NCBI GenBank assembly: GCA_963825865.1
Contig: CAWGVG010000060.1
Coordinates: 1-64,000 of the forward strand
DNA from: an uncultured Nitrososphaeraceae archaeon
GTDB lineage: Archaea; Thermoproteota; Nitrososphaeria; Nitrososphaerales; Nitrososphaeraceae
Direction of reading: 5' to 3'
Length of the DNA: 64,000 nucleotides
Positions 11,614-23,734 of this stretch are shown piece by piece (positions within the stretch are counted from its first letter, which is position 1; the number at the start of each line of letters is the position of its first letter). The notes under the pieces are model-generated. The model ran no database searches. It was not told the origin of the DNA and saw nothing but the letters and a program-made list of their open reading frames with translations. A program made the translations under genes and the position numbers.

Positions 11614-12237
11614 GTATTGAAGATATCTGCGCTTGAAGTCGATATACAGGCGAGACAGTGCAAAAGATTAATCTCTTCAAATAAAACAAAATACGTCTTT
11701 CAACCCCGTGATACTTCGACTCAAACCTGATTGGCTATACGGCGAATCGAAAAAAAAGGTCGCTAATCTCTGTCTTTCTCGGTAATCACTAATATCATTT
11801 CAGATAATTGAAAGCGTTGCTATCATGCAGGTTAATATCAGTTAGCAATAGAGCATGCGGATTGAATTCTGATAATGCTAATAAAGGTACATAGGCGTCA
11901 TAAAATCTAATAGCAGTTTGCCTTGGAAAAATTATAGCGTGGTCATTTTTGTAGTTCATATGACAAGTTTAGAATGTACGTATCCGTGCTGTCTGTACTT
12001 AATGATGTTTTTATAGCTATCAGCTCAGTTTCTTGTTAGTTAGTCGTACCATAGACCATCACCTTGAGAAAGATTTGTCGTCCAAACTCACTTTTAATTT
12101 CATTTATTGTAAGATCAGCCCGCCTTCATAATAATACTTAATCTGTCTATTTCATATATCAAAGACTATAATTTTCCCTCGTAGTTATAGACCTTATTTT
12201 ATATAGTTATAAACCTGTAACAATACAACACTATACA

Positions 12238-12531
12238 ATGAATCTACTACATCGTAACAAGAACGTCTGTGACCAATGTGGCGAAAAGTTTGATAACTAT
12301 GATGATCTCATTAAACATGCGCGGCATGTACATCACCATACCATTGTAAAATGTGATCGTTGTGGTAAAGAATTCGTTCATGAACAGGATAGATTGCATC
12401 ATACAAGAGAGGAGCATGAAAAAGAGATAGACTATCGGACTCATAAAGAAGAGTATAAACATAAAACAAAGACTCCTTCACCGCAGAAAGAAGTTGATGA
12501 GCACATGCAAAACTTTGGTGATAATTTTTGA
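12238..12531 (+). CDS. Tandem C2H2 zinc-finger protein
   Basis: CDQCGEKF...LIKHARHVH and CDRCGKEF...LHHTREEH. Confidence 0.9.
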   Translation: MNLLHRNKNVCDQCGEKFDNYDDLIKHARHVHHHTIVKCDRCGKEFVHEQDRLHHTREEHEKEIDYRTHKEEYKHKTKTPSPQKEVDEHMQNFGDNF

Positions 12532-12864
12532 TAACTCAAAGTGGGATTGCGACTCAACTCCAAAAAGACAATAAGAGAATGTGAATAATAGAAAAAATTT
12601 AAATCAATCTACTACCAAAGTTGGAATTTATAACCAAAGATTCGTTGTCTTTAGTAAACTATGTGTCTTTCTCAGTTGCTCTACGAACTCAAAAACCATT
12701 AGAGCTGAAATTTACATTACTGTTAGCAACTATAATTTTCCAAATACTATACAATATCTTGGTTTTGTGTCTGGATTAGTTAATATTATGCTTCTTCTCT
12801 CAGAGGTATCTCATGTTCTGTATTTATTAGAACATTTCAGCGCCTCGAATGCTATTATATACTA

Positions 12865-14518
12865 TTAATAGGCAGGTACTGCTGCCTGATTCAACACAGC
12901 TATCAAATCCACTATCTGTCCTCCTCTGTTTACTCTAACTTTCACGAGATCTCCTGATGATTTATGTTCAATACGTTTTACAATATCCTGTGTTTGCTTA
13001 ACTTTGTGTCCATCAATTGCTACTATGACATCAGCGTGGATTATCAGATCTCCTTTCGTATTTATATCTCTGCTTTCACCTTTTATACCTGCTTTAAAAG
13101 CTGGTTCGCCTCTAATAACAGATTTTACTACCACTCCTTTGGAATGTTTTGGTAAATCCATATTTTGTGCCAAATCACGATCTAACGTAATACCAGAAAT
13201 TCCTAGCAATACTCGGGGATGATGGTCGCTACTCTTATCCTGATCACTGTTATTTTTTGTGTTATTTCCAATTATTCTTGGTGAAACGTGAGTAGGCGCA
13301 GTATCATTTTCTTCTTTTATCTGAAGTTTTTCCATAGAAGATATGTGCGAAAGATATTTCGGGTTAGAACTATTGACACCATAATTTTGCACTACGTTTC
13401 TATCTATGTTACGCCATATTATAATTCCATCAGCAGCCCTTGCTGCAATTGACAATGTAGCCATTATAAGACGATCTGATGGCATGCCGTAGCCTTGTTC
13501 AAAATAAGTAGATGTTGTTGTAGTATATACTACATAGCGAATAGGTTTATTATTAAATACTTGAGAAAATATTTTTAGATCATGTTCTAAGGTTGTCACA
13601 TTATAATAATCAGGTACTGGCCAAAATTAATCCGTCTGCAAAATTAGTGTAATATCTCTTTGCGGTATTAGTTTTGAAACCTTCAAAATATATAACAGGA
13701 TAAAAATGCACATCTTTGTTCTTTTTTTCAAGTGCCTTAGACAGATGAGAATGAACCATATAATCGACATTATTTCTAAATTTGCTATTGCCATTTTTAG
13801 TATTTATCCAATTAAAGTCATCTATAGCAAAGCCATCAAATGAACTATGGCTAGCTTTGAGAGCATTGAAATACTTGATCCACCCTCTCCAATCAAAGTT
13901 TGCCTTAGGACCCGTTTCTGAAGGTGGTAATAGAAGTATAATAATTCTCAGAGCTGTGCTATCCGTAGTTCTTAATAGATTTTCCGTCATCATTCTGGCA
14001 TCATGATTTCTAAAATCACTCATTACAAAATAGTATTCATTAAAACCTTGTTTGAGAAGTGTGACAATAGCATTTTGTTGCTCAGCAGCTGTCATATTCT
14101 CAAGAGGCATTTGATTTGGCGTCCATGCTCCAATTGTCTTAGTGTTTGAATTGTTATTATGAATTATTTTTATGTGAGAATTGACAGGCGGACTTGTATT
14201 ATTAGGCATATCCTGTTTTTGCTCTATCATTTTTCTGAAATCACTGTAGTAGTTACCATTATTGTATTGGGGCAGATGCGAACTTGCCCTTTGATAGTAA
14301 AAAGCACCGGTAGTAGTAGAGGCAGGCGTGCTATTACTTCTAGTACTACTCCATACAGCATCATCAGTATAGCTAAGATTTTTCCTTCCGGTTGATACAT
14401 TTGCAAAGGCCCGCATATCGAAATTACTAGTTGTTGGAATTATGCTGCTTATTGTTATTGACACGATGGAAATGGTGATAAAGATAATACTAATACGAAC
14501 ACTCTGTTTCTTAGTCAT
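12865..14518 (-). CDS. Secreted protein with putative glycoside-hydrolase-like domain and C-terminal PDZ domain (frameshifted)
   Basis: Signal/TM N-terminus and FDGFAIDDF motif. A 1-nt insertion near 13612 joins ..LAST-DYYNVTTLEHD.. The C-terminus is an HtrA-type PDZ domain (LLGISG, GVVV..V..GEPAFKAG, DVIVAIDG). Confidence 0.7.
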
Positions 14519-14846
14519 TTCATAATCTCTTTTCTAACCAGTCAAATGGTCTAAACATTAATCATTATTAATTGTGTGTATTCACTGGCAGAGACATATA
14601 GTGCTTTTTATGTAGATAATAAAACGGGTAAGCCAGTGCTCTGTTTGATGTTCCTTATCGTTTGCTTCTTTATGTAATATAATTTAAATAGACTTTCATT
14701 CTATTAATAAATTAAAAACTTGTTTCGTAGGAATGTAATTAGAATTTGCACTTAAATCTCAAAATATCTTTATCTTTTTAACTTTTTATTTCGATTAAGT
14801 AAGCTAAATTTGCACGCGTGGTATAATTTGTTGTTGAGGTACAAAA

Positions 14847-14878
14847 TTTATAAACCTATTATTTTATAAACCTATTAT
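14847..14878. repeat. 16-bp tandem duplication containing a TATA-like box
   Basis: tttataaacctattat x2, just upstream of the gene at 14896. Confidence 0.8.
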
Positions 14879-14895
14879 TAATCTCTAGCCGAAAC

Positions 14896-15434
14896 TTGAA
14901 TGATAAAAAAGAAGTACTAGACTCTCTATACTGATCGCAGTATCTTTTGGTCTTATTTTCACGTCATCAACAGCTACCCTTGTCCATATTACACATGCCC
15001 AAACCAACAAAACTTCTGCTATTATAGATAGTGCCATTGTTAAAAATGATACAAAAATTGGAAGTGCCGGTCAACTACAAAAATCCTTAGGAAATAACAC
15101 TGCAATGATTCAAAATAATAGCAATAATGGTAATCCTAATGCCACTACATTACAAGGACTGGAAAAAGAACAGAGCAGTAATTCAACTGCAGGTTTGAAC
15201 AAAACCAGTAATATCATTAAATTTAGTATGAATAATGCTTCAAAAACAACTCTATCAAATGCAAATAAATCAAAAGAAACATCACAACCAATCATAGCCA
15301 ATATTTCTCAAGGGGGTAAAGCGATAGGAAATAAGGCAGGACAGCTAGCACAGGTGATAGTAAATGAGACTGGAAAGGTCTTTAGCGGTATAACGGGAGC
15401 GCACAACAGGTCGTCAACTAGTGGTGGGAAATAA
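14896..15434 (+). CDS. Secreted Asn/Ser/Thr-rich low-complexity protein
   Basis: The frame upstream of ORF 15105 encodes a signal peptide (RLSILIAVSFGLIFTSSTATLVHITHAQ). The TTG start is offset by a poly-A run. Many NxS/T sequons. Confidence 0.65.
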
Positions 15435-15510
15435 AGATCAGTCAAAATAATAATACACGCGTAAAGATAAAATGCCTAAAGTTATTAGGCGCTTAAAATA
15501 ATGCTCAATT

Positions 15511-15945
15511 ATGGTTGAAAATTTGAAGGCAGATGATTCAGTTGCTAAATTTTTTAGAGGCAAACATTTTGCATTCATTGGGACAATAAATAAAGATGGT
15601 TCTCCACAAGTAACACCTACATGGATTGATCTCCGAGAGGATGGCAAAGTATTAATAAATACCGCAGAAGGAAGGATAAAACACAAAAATCTATCAAGAG
15701 ATCCGCGGGTAGCGATTTCAATAGTTAATGAAGGTAACCCATACAGCATGGTTACAATAAAGGGTAGAGTAGTTGAACAAACCAACAAGGGTGCCGACGA
15801 ACATATAGATATACTGGCTAAAAGATATCTCAATATTGAAAAATATCCTTCCCACTCTCCAACTGTGAAAAGAATTATTTTAGAGATAGAGCCAGAAAAA
15901 ATATTTTATCTGCCGCCAAGGTATGGTGAATATTTGGAAAAGTAA
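15511..15945 (+). CDS. PPOX-class F420-dependent oxidoreductase (split beta-barrel)
   Basis: DGSPQVTPTW, NTAEGRIKHKNLSRDPRVAI and LAKRYL. Confidence 0.9.
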   Translation: MVENLKADDSVAKFFRGKHFAFIGTINKDGSPQVTPTWIDLREDGKVLINTAEGRIKHKNLSRDPRVAISIVNEGNPYSMVTIKGRVVEQTNKGADEHIDILAKRYLNIEKYPSHSPTVKRIILEIEPEKIFYLPPRYGEYLEK

Positions 15946-16135
15946 ATATTTGGAAGTTGCCTCAATATAGGGAACTTGCGTTTCTTTGCGTTAAAAAATA
16001 AATAATACCACAACTGAATCTTCATCAGCTATTCCATTTCTTGGGATGGAGGCTGGGGACATTGACAGTAATATTGACAATTAAAAATTTTAAGACAACG
16101 GAGACAAGTCGGAAGATAAAAAAGAGAAGAGGAAT

Positions 16136-16445
16136 TTATGCAGTTCCCTTATCCAGTACCGATTTCCGCCGGACTGCATACTCGCTGTTTGATTTGCCGC
16201 CGTGGCAGTACCTGGGGCTTGTCATATTGCCTCCTCCGACAGCGTTTGGTGCGTTGGTCGCATTTGTTGGATTCGTTACGTTACCAGGGATAGCTGCGCC
16301 TGGCCCGGTAACTTGTACCTGTCATATTGCCGCTAGCAGTTGTGTTGCCTTGTGCATATACTAAACTCACAAAACCTATTGACCCTAAAATGAGTCCAAA
16401 AGCCAGTGCTAATGCGACCGCCATCTGTGTTGTTGTTTTTTCCAT
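16136..16445 (-). CDS. Small secreted low-complexity protein (frameshifted)
   Basis: Signal peptide ending VYAQ, then repeated GNxT sequons continuing in shifted frames; end approximate. Confidence 0.55.
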
Positions 16446-16614
16446 CGCAATTAAATTATGAACAAGCGTTTTTAACGATTTCATTTCTATAATATGTAAT
16501 TAGAATACAGATTCTAGAAAAAATTGAATTTTAAAATCAATGAATATTATCATAAGAAGATAAACTAGCGACAGATTCACAATTAAATCAATGATGTTTT
16601 TATCAATTCTGGTA

Positions 16615-17016
16615 TCATTGTCTTTTTGAACTATCTACTGCATCCATTATTACTTGCGTGGCATGACTACCGAAATTAGACTTACAATAGTTTTCATTTC
16701 TTAGCTTTGAATCAAGTTTATTTGTCTTTATTAACTCAGACACCCTGTTTACAGCAGCAAGATAATTCATCCCTGATACCCAATTAAGTATAATTGTACA
16801 TTTATCACAAACGCTACCTTTTGCGTTAGTTGCATAGATTTCACCACAAAAAACACATTTGTTATATACCATGGATTTACCAGCTCTTGGAGCGTTTATA
16901 CCAAAATGAACAGTGTTAAAGCAAGATATACATAGGTGCTGGTTACAGATTGAACATGTATGGTATTCTTCATGTTTAGCACATTTTTCACATAGTGTCA
17001 TTATAGCTACAAGCAC
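16615..17016 (-). CDS. Cys/His-rich multi-zinc-finger hypothetical protein
   Basis: CEKC, CSIC, CISC..H, CVFC and CDKC. Confidence 0.75.
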   Translation of the reverse strand: MLVAIMTLCEKCAKHEEYHTCSICNQHLCISCFNTVHFGINAPRAGKSMVYNKCVFCGEIYATNAKGSVCDKCTIILNWVSGMNYLAAVNRVSELIKTNKLDSKLRNENYCKSNFGSHATQVIMDAVDSSKRQ

Positions 17017-17525
17017 CTTTGCATAGAGTAAACAACAAGGATAAGGCCGTCATCAGTGAGAATCAATTCCTTCATTATAAATCATCTACTACTATTATTA
17101 CATAGGCAACACCTCTATATCAATTGCTTGCAAGGTATATACAACTGATAAGGTCAATGATAACCTATTGATTATCTATTAGACATTAAAATGCCAAAGA
17201 TGAACGTGTTTTGAATAATTCAGAAAAGATAGACGAGAAAGTTAAAGGTGGGGAAGTATATAATCGAGCATATGCAGGTATATTTAATCATTTAGATGTA
17301 AACTCGTTTATTCGAAAAGGAATAAAAACCAAGAGCTGGTAATTCATGCAAATGTTTTAAAATAATGTAAACCAAATGAAATTCATGTAAATATGATTAT
17401 AGAAAATGTCTGTTTGCAGTTTATAAACATGCTCATTTTTATGCCTTCTCATGCTGAACAACATGGTACGTGCATACACGATCAAGCCTTCAAAATTAAC
17501 AATTGATTGAAAAGTCATTTAAGTA

Positions 17526-17678
17526 ATGAAAGCGATGAACAATATTACCTTGTGTTTCGAATACGAAATCTCAGAAAAGCAGAAATTAAAGAACAGAAAG
17601 TTGGAGGAAGAACAAAACATTGAAATCCAACCAGAACTTGAGAAAGCAGAAGAACGGCCTCTGACGGCTTCTGCTTAA
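17526..17678 (+). CDS. Putative 50-aa acidic microprotein
   Basis: Manual translation MKAMNNITLCFEYEISEKQK...ERPLTASA*; purine-rich coding bias and a downstream T-tract. Confidence 0.45.
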   Translation: MKAMNNITLCFEYEISEKQKLKNRKLEEEQNIEIQPELEKAEERPLTASA

Positions 17679-17799
17679 CATAGACAAGCAAGTCGATGAT
17701 AGTATAAAATACAACCCCTTTTTTTCTATGTGTTGCTCTAGTTTACGCATAATGTAATTAAATATAATAATAACAAGGCAGCTTATAATATTCTCAAAT

Positions 17800-18573
17800 A
17801 TGATAATAACTATAGACAGTAAATGGCTTTCAGAACATCTTGATGATCCTGGATTAATAATTATAGATGGCAGAGGAAGTATTACATATAGGTTCGGACA
17901 TATTGTAAACGCAAGACCGCTAGATGTTGAGCGTGTAATTTCGATTGGAGATAATGGAGCAAATTTAGTAATAGATATACCAGCCGCTGAAAAGACTTTT
18001 GGCGATCTTGGTATTGATGATTTTAAAAAGGTTGTAGTTTATGGGGAGTATATGGACCCTTCTGCAGCTAGAATAGTCTGGACTCTGCTATATCATGGAC
18101 ATCTAAATTCCATGCTATTAGAGAGTGGGTTCAATATGTGGAAGAGTTTAGGCTTACCGGTGACCCGTGAAGTTCCTCATAATATCAGTCCTGCTCAATT
18201 TAAATCCAAACTTAATTATTCAATCAGAGCAGATGCAGAGTTTATAAAATTAAAACAAAATGATCCAAATGTCGTAATTGTTGATGCAAGAACGATACAG
18301 GAGCATATACAGGCCAGAATTCCAGGTTCGATATTACACAATTGGGAAGAAGGACTAGGTGATAATGGAGCAATGTTCAAAAGCAAAGAAGCTTTACGTA
18401 AAGATCTTGAGAGAAGTGGGATTACCGTTGATAAGGAGATTATATGCTATTGTCACTCCGGTTCTAAATCAGCACATAAATATCTCCAACTGAAAAATGC
18501 TGGTTTTGATAAAGTAAAAATGTATGATGGCTCAATAATTGACTGGGCTCAACGCGGTTATCCCCTTAAATAA
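17800..18573 (+). CDS. Tandem-domain rhodanese / thiosulfate-mercaptopyruvate sulfurtransferase
   Basis: Two rhodanese domains, active loop YCHSGSKS, C-terminal YDGSIIDW. Confidence 0.93.
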   Translation: MIITIDSKWLSEHLDDPGLIIIDGRGSITYRFGHIVNARPLDVERVISIGDNGANLVIDIPAAEKTFGDLGIDDFKKVVVYGEYMDPSAARIVWTLLYHGHLNSMLLESGFNMWKSLGLPVTREVPHNISPAQFKSKLNYSIRADAEFIKLKQNDPNVVIVDARTIQEHIQARIPGSILHNWEEGLGDNGAMFKSKEALRKDLERSGITVDKEIICYCHSGSKSAHKYLQLKNAGFDKVKMYDGSIIDWAQRGYPLK

Positions 18574-18681
18574 TTTTTGTACAAATATATTTCTGAACAG
18601 AGAATACAAAGACAGGGTGAAGATGTTATTCAGAGTCTCCACAGATATAAGACTCAGTTTAAAATTGACAACTGACAATTC

Positions 18682-19100
18682 AAAACCCCCGAATTCATTC
18701 AAATCACAGGATAATACATAAATACTGCTGGACCATTAGATGTGAAAGCAAAAGTTGTTCTACTCCACTTTTGGACATATACCTGCATTAACTGCATACA
18801 CACTATTCCCTATCTAGACGACTGGTATCAAAAATATTCTAACAAGGGACTAGTCATTGTTAGTATTCATAAACCAGAATTTGAGTTTGAAAAGGTTACG
18901 ATAATGTAAAAGTGGCTGTGCAAGAATTTGGAATAAAGTATCCTGTACTGCAAGATAACAATTATGGTACTTGGAAAGCTAAGGAAACACATACTGGCCT
19001 AGAGATTACCTCAATGACAATCAACGATTAATAAGATATAATCAAACAGGCGAAGGCGGGTATGACCAAACAGAAAAACAACGCAACCACTACTAGCAGA
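18682..19100 (+). pseudogene. DipZ-like thioredoxin/redoxin remnant
   Basis: Manual translation KVVLLHFWTYTCINCIHTIPYL..W...GLVIVSIHKPEFEFEK / FGIKYPVLQDNNYGTWKA / YWPRDYL / GEGGYDQTE, broken by stops and frameshifts. Confidence 0.85.
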
Positions 19101-19584
19101 AGGTGTTTATTAAATAGAGCTTTAATAATTGGCTTCAAATACAAATAAATACAATCAGATCTAAAATCAGTTAAATTATACGGAAGGTCATTAGACTGTT
19201 AGTAAGTTTAGCTTCTGCTCATGGTAAGAATAGTCAGACGAGAGTCTCCCTTAGAACCAGCCCTTAAGTTCATCGAGTTTATGCGAATCTGGGCCCATAT
19301 CTTGTTTTGAGTAGAGCAAAAATAATCTAAAGTATAATAAGAACATCACCATATGCAATGATAATTAGTAGTTTTTGCAGACGGTAAAATTACATTAGGA
19401 TTTATTCCTATATGGCCCTGCGAATGCTTTGATAGGCTTAGGATAACTTCTGATGAGAGGCTTCTCATCTGCTTATTTGAAAAACCAGGTCATGACTTGA
19501 AGAGGTTAATGCGAAGCGAAGTATTTTTGATAATTACTTTTCATATCTATCTTTTGTAAAGATCGTTTTTATTTTTGATTTCAT

Positions 19585-20111
19585 TTATTTGACACTGACA
19601 CCAGGCTTGGAGTAGATACTTGTAATAATACAGTTCTTAGTTTCTACAGACATCATACCGCCAGAACAATCACCTGACAAAGTTGAGTTATAGCCTGATG
19701 GTCCTGTTTCAGTAACGCTATACATTCCCATATTCAATTTTACAGAAGTACCAGATGAATTACCTGAGAAAGAACCAGGAGAGGGATCATTACCGTGAAC
19801 ATTAATCATAAAATCGGATGGCTTCTTGTTACCTCCACCTTCGTTGTTCACTTTTTGCATTACTACCAATGTTCCATGTACTTGGCTGGTTGAAGATGAT
19901 AAAGCTGTTGGTGATGTTTTATTTTCAGCCGATTTTATATCATTTTGTTTTCCTCCTACTACTACTGCTCTTTCCGCATGGTTAATGATAATAAATTACC
20001 ATTAGATTTTACATAGATAAGTGAACTGAAAGAAACAGCAGCGGTTACCAGCATAGAAATAGCCAAAATTATAATTATTGCCAAAGTAGCAGTGGGTTTT
20101 ACAAATGACAT
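19585..20111 (-). CDS. Secreted protein with small beta-sandwich (prealbumin-like) domain, frameshifted
   Basis: The signal peptide MSFVKPTATLAIIIILAISMLVTAAVS (ATG 20111) joins the ORF ending YSVTETGPSGY..SGDCSG....KNCII. Confidence 0.65.
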
Positions 20112-20379
20112 AATCACTTTTACAGGATTTATGATCTATTTTTCTCTTTCTATAAGGTAGATTAAGCATGAGGCACTTGATTGTAAACCATGTTGTTAAC
20201 GGGGCCAAGGGACAAATCCTTTAGTGTATAAACGCCTTCTCTTACCAATAATAACACACGAGTAACCAGTTTATTGGCCAAGATTTTTATAAAAATCTAT
20301 ACACGAACACTTTTTGGAATGGTCCAAACCAAACGAAATTTGGAAAAAAACTTAAATCTTCGCTAGTTATGGGTGATAT

Positions 20380-22035
20380 GTGACCCAAAAAGCAGGACAG
20401 CTTTCTACCACATCCTTCTTCTTTGGAGGGGCTCGCTGCTGGGGCTATATCTGTCACAGTATCGTTACTTCTAAGATTATTTGTTGGTGGGCTATTTATT
20501 CCCGAACTTGCATCTCAAACTTTATTCTCACTTACTCCTGGACAGGTTGAATCTCAAGCCGTGGAGACATTAGGCCCCCTAGCTAAATACTCTGCGTTTA
20601 TAGGTGCTGTTATTGCTAATCTTATACTCTATGGCCTAATCGGTTTACTTCTTGCCTCATTACGTAAGAAGAAAATCCCTTTGAAGGGATATGTAGGAAA
20701 TGCATTACAATATTCATTAGTGGCCTATATTATTCTGCTCGTCATGGGTGTTTTGCTCTTGGCTTTGACTGAAACTAACGTTCAGGCTAAACTCAATTCC
20801 ATTAAGTCTCTTTCAATTTATCTTATTCCATCTAGTATCGCCTTTGGATTCCCTTTATCCTCTTTCTATGAGAGAATAACATTACCGCGTCGCTCAACAA
20901 CCATGGTTGCCGAAAAAGAGGACGCTACTTCCACCACTAGCAAAATAGAGATTGATTATAAGAAAAGGCTACTACTTCGTGCTGGTATTGCAACAGTTGT
21001 TGCTTTACCCATTCTCTATTTTGGATTAAATTCTCTTTTACTTCCTAAAAAAGAACTACAACAATTATCACCTTCTTTGGCACTGCTAAAATCAAAACCC
21101 CCTCCTGCAGGCTTTGTAGATCCAAGACTCAGGCCACTTCTTGAGTCAGAAATAACACCAACTGATTTGTTCTACAGAATAGATAAAAACCCCATAGTAC
21201 CTGTGGTTAACGCACAGGCTTGGAATCTAACTGTAAAGGGCCTGGTAAACAAGCCTTTGGAGATCAATTACAAAGAGCTTAGAGACATGTCTTCAGTGGA
21301 GCAGTTTGCTACGCTGGAATGTGTAAGCAATAAAATAGGAGGCGATTTGATAAGCACCGCAATATGGAAGGGTGTACGCCTAAAAGACATTCTTGATAAG
21401 GCACAACTGATGCCAGGCTCTAAATATATCGTATTTAGGTGTTTTGATGGCTACGATGTCGGAATACCTCTAGAGAGAGGACTTTTGGAGGGGACGATAT
21501 TGGCTTATGATATGAATGGAGCTCCTCTGACTGCTGAACATGGCTATCCTGTAAGAGCCATCGTACCTGGCATATATGGTATGATGAATGCAAAGTGGAT
21601 GACAGAAATAGAGATAATTGATAGGGTTTATGAAGGCTATTGGCAGAGAAAGGGCTGGACTAACGTAGCTAAATACAATACCCATTCAGTCATAATTATT
21701 CCCGGTGATGCACTTGCCAGAAAGAGGTTCAGGAACCTGGAAGGTGTAGTTAATAATATGGTGCCAGTCGCAGGTATGGCATTTGCAGGAGACCGCGGGA
21801 TAGCAAAAGTTGAAGTGAGTATTGATAATGGTAATAACTGGAAAGCCGCCACAATCAAAGACCCGCTATCACAATATACATGGGTCCTATGGACCGTAGA
21901 ATTGGATCTGACAAAAAAGTCAATTCATAATATAGTAGTCAGAGCCACTGACAAGGCTGGAAAAATTCAGACAGATGAGATGACAGACTCCATTTCCAAA
22001 CGGAGCAACAGGGTACCATATGATTAATGTATAAT
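20380..22035 (+). CDS. Membrane-anchored molybdopterin oxidoreductase, sulfite oxidase family (Moco domain + dimerisation domain)
   Basis: TLECVSN (Moco Cys), AIWKGVRLKDIL, HGYPVRAIVPGIYGMMNAKW and about 5 N-terminal TMs. Both ends are shifted by 1 nt; the corrected tail reads PFPNGATGYHMINV*. Confidence 0.92.
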
Positions 22036-22140
22036 TATACCTCAGCTATGTCTAATAATAATTCTAGTTTAGAATCCTAAAGGACAGATATCGCAAGAAC
22101 TAATATTTATAATGAGTTGGCTTTTTAGTAATATTCTGCT

Positions 22141-22440
22141 ATGGCCCCGATTGATAATATGTACAACGAATTTGCTAGATATTTTGAAAGGATGAGCCAA
22201 ATGTACAAAGAGAGCGTGCAAAGTATTGAAAGAATTAATCAGTTATATACTGAATCCATTAAAAATGTAGAGAAGATGAATGAACTGTACAAGGATATTA
22301 TTAAAACCAATGAGAGGATGAATGAACTGTACAAGGATATACAAAGAACGAACCAAGATTGGTTAGACTTGTTTTGGAGACCCTGGTTAGCAAAAGAACA
22401 AGAAAAGAAGGATGAAACACAGAAATACAAGAAGACATAA
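22141..22440 (+). CDS. Coiled-coil protein with four 14-aa repeats
   Basis: ERMSQMYKESVQSI / ERINQLYTESIKNV / EKMNELYKDIIKTN / ERMNELYKDIQRTN. Confidence 0.75.
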   Translation: MAPIDNMYNEFARYFERMSQMYKESVQSIERINQLYTESIKNVEKMNELYKDIIKTNERMNELYKDIQRTNQDWLDLFWRPWLAKEQEKKDETQKYKKT

Positions 22441-22753
22441 AGTTGTCTGATCGTTTGCTTTATCTAAATTCGAATAAAGTCAACAGACTCAAGTCGCAAG
22501 AGATTTAATATTTGTACATGATATGACCTTAAGATTCAGGCCATATATATCCTTTGATAATAAAAGGTTAAAGAGGGTTTTGTTGCCCATGTTTATTGTA
22601 TGCTTTAAATGTGGTATCTAGTTATATTATATTATCTAAGTGCATTTTTGCAGAGTTTCTATCATAAGTAGAAGCGTTAGAGTTCGGAAGCTAAAAGGCC
22701 ATAGGGCAATTAGACAAAGGGATAGAATGAGAGGGAGTTAAGTAGGAAGGCGT

Positions 22754-22954
22754 ATGACTAAAAATAATAGAACAAAGACTTGCATAGACTGTGGTAAAGA
22801 ACTCGTTTCAGAATTCTATGAAAGTAATGATGTCGTTTGTAATGACTGCGTCCAACTTTTAAAGAGACAGTTTTGGAGTTCGGTGAAAATGTCAATGATA
22901 GATAAGAAACTGCAGCAGGAGAGTAAGGAAAAGCAGAAAAGAAATGACATCTGA
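22754..22954 (+). CDS. Small CxxC..CxxC zinc-finger protein
   Basis: CIDCGKEL...VCNDC. Confidence 0.7.
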   Translation: MTKNNRTKTCIDCGKELVSEFYESNDVVCNDCVQLLKRQFWSSVKMSMIDKKLQQESKEKQKRNDI

Positions 22955-23734
22955 TATTTGGAAAATAATATCAGGATTTTTTTATTTTCAGCGATGAATA
23001 GCATGTTGAAGTCATTATTATTCTTCGTCTGGATTAAATCTGTTGTTGGTGCAACAGACTTGTGAAGGTCGTGCAGAGGTAACGAACTAATGATTCCTTC
23101 TATAGACTTACTACCAACAGAAATCCTCACAATTATTGATGCCATTATTACAGCCGGCTTGACAGTGATTACAGGATGAATCAGGACTTACTTATTAGAA
23201 AGACAGGACAGAATCCAAATTTTTCTTTATATTTATGAGTTTGGTAATAGTACCAATATCAGCATCAGCTCCTCCTCTTTGCTGTTTACATAAATTAATT
23301 CTCATAAATAATGATCAGCCTGCAAATGATATTCGATTTGATTGCTCTTTGGGGATTAAAAATTCAACATTTACTTCTGATAGTACTACGAGGAAATTTT
23401 ACATAATGTCTTTAAGGATAAGTGGAAATGCTATTCTTGATGATGTGCCAATAGCAGGCACCATATGCTTTTCAAATAGTTAGATCAGAAAATAGAAAAG
23501 TAGCATATAAGTCATAGAAAGAAATGATCTGATACAATAGATATAATTAGTATTTGCAGATTTCTGCCAGATAACCCGAACAATAGGTTTGGGTGTTCTT
23601 CTATTTGGTATCACTTTGAGTCTCTGACATATGTTACCATGTTCATTATTGATATGGATTTTTTGGATGTTCTATTATACTAATCGACAAATTTCATTAG
23701 ATGTGGAGGTTGCTTTATACAAAATATGAGGTGA

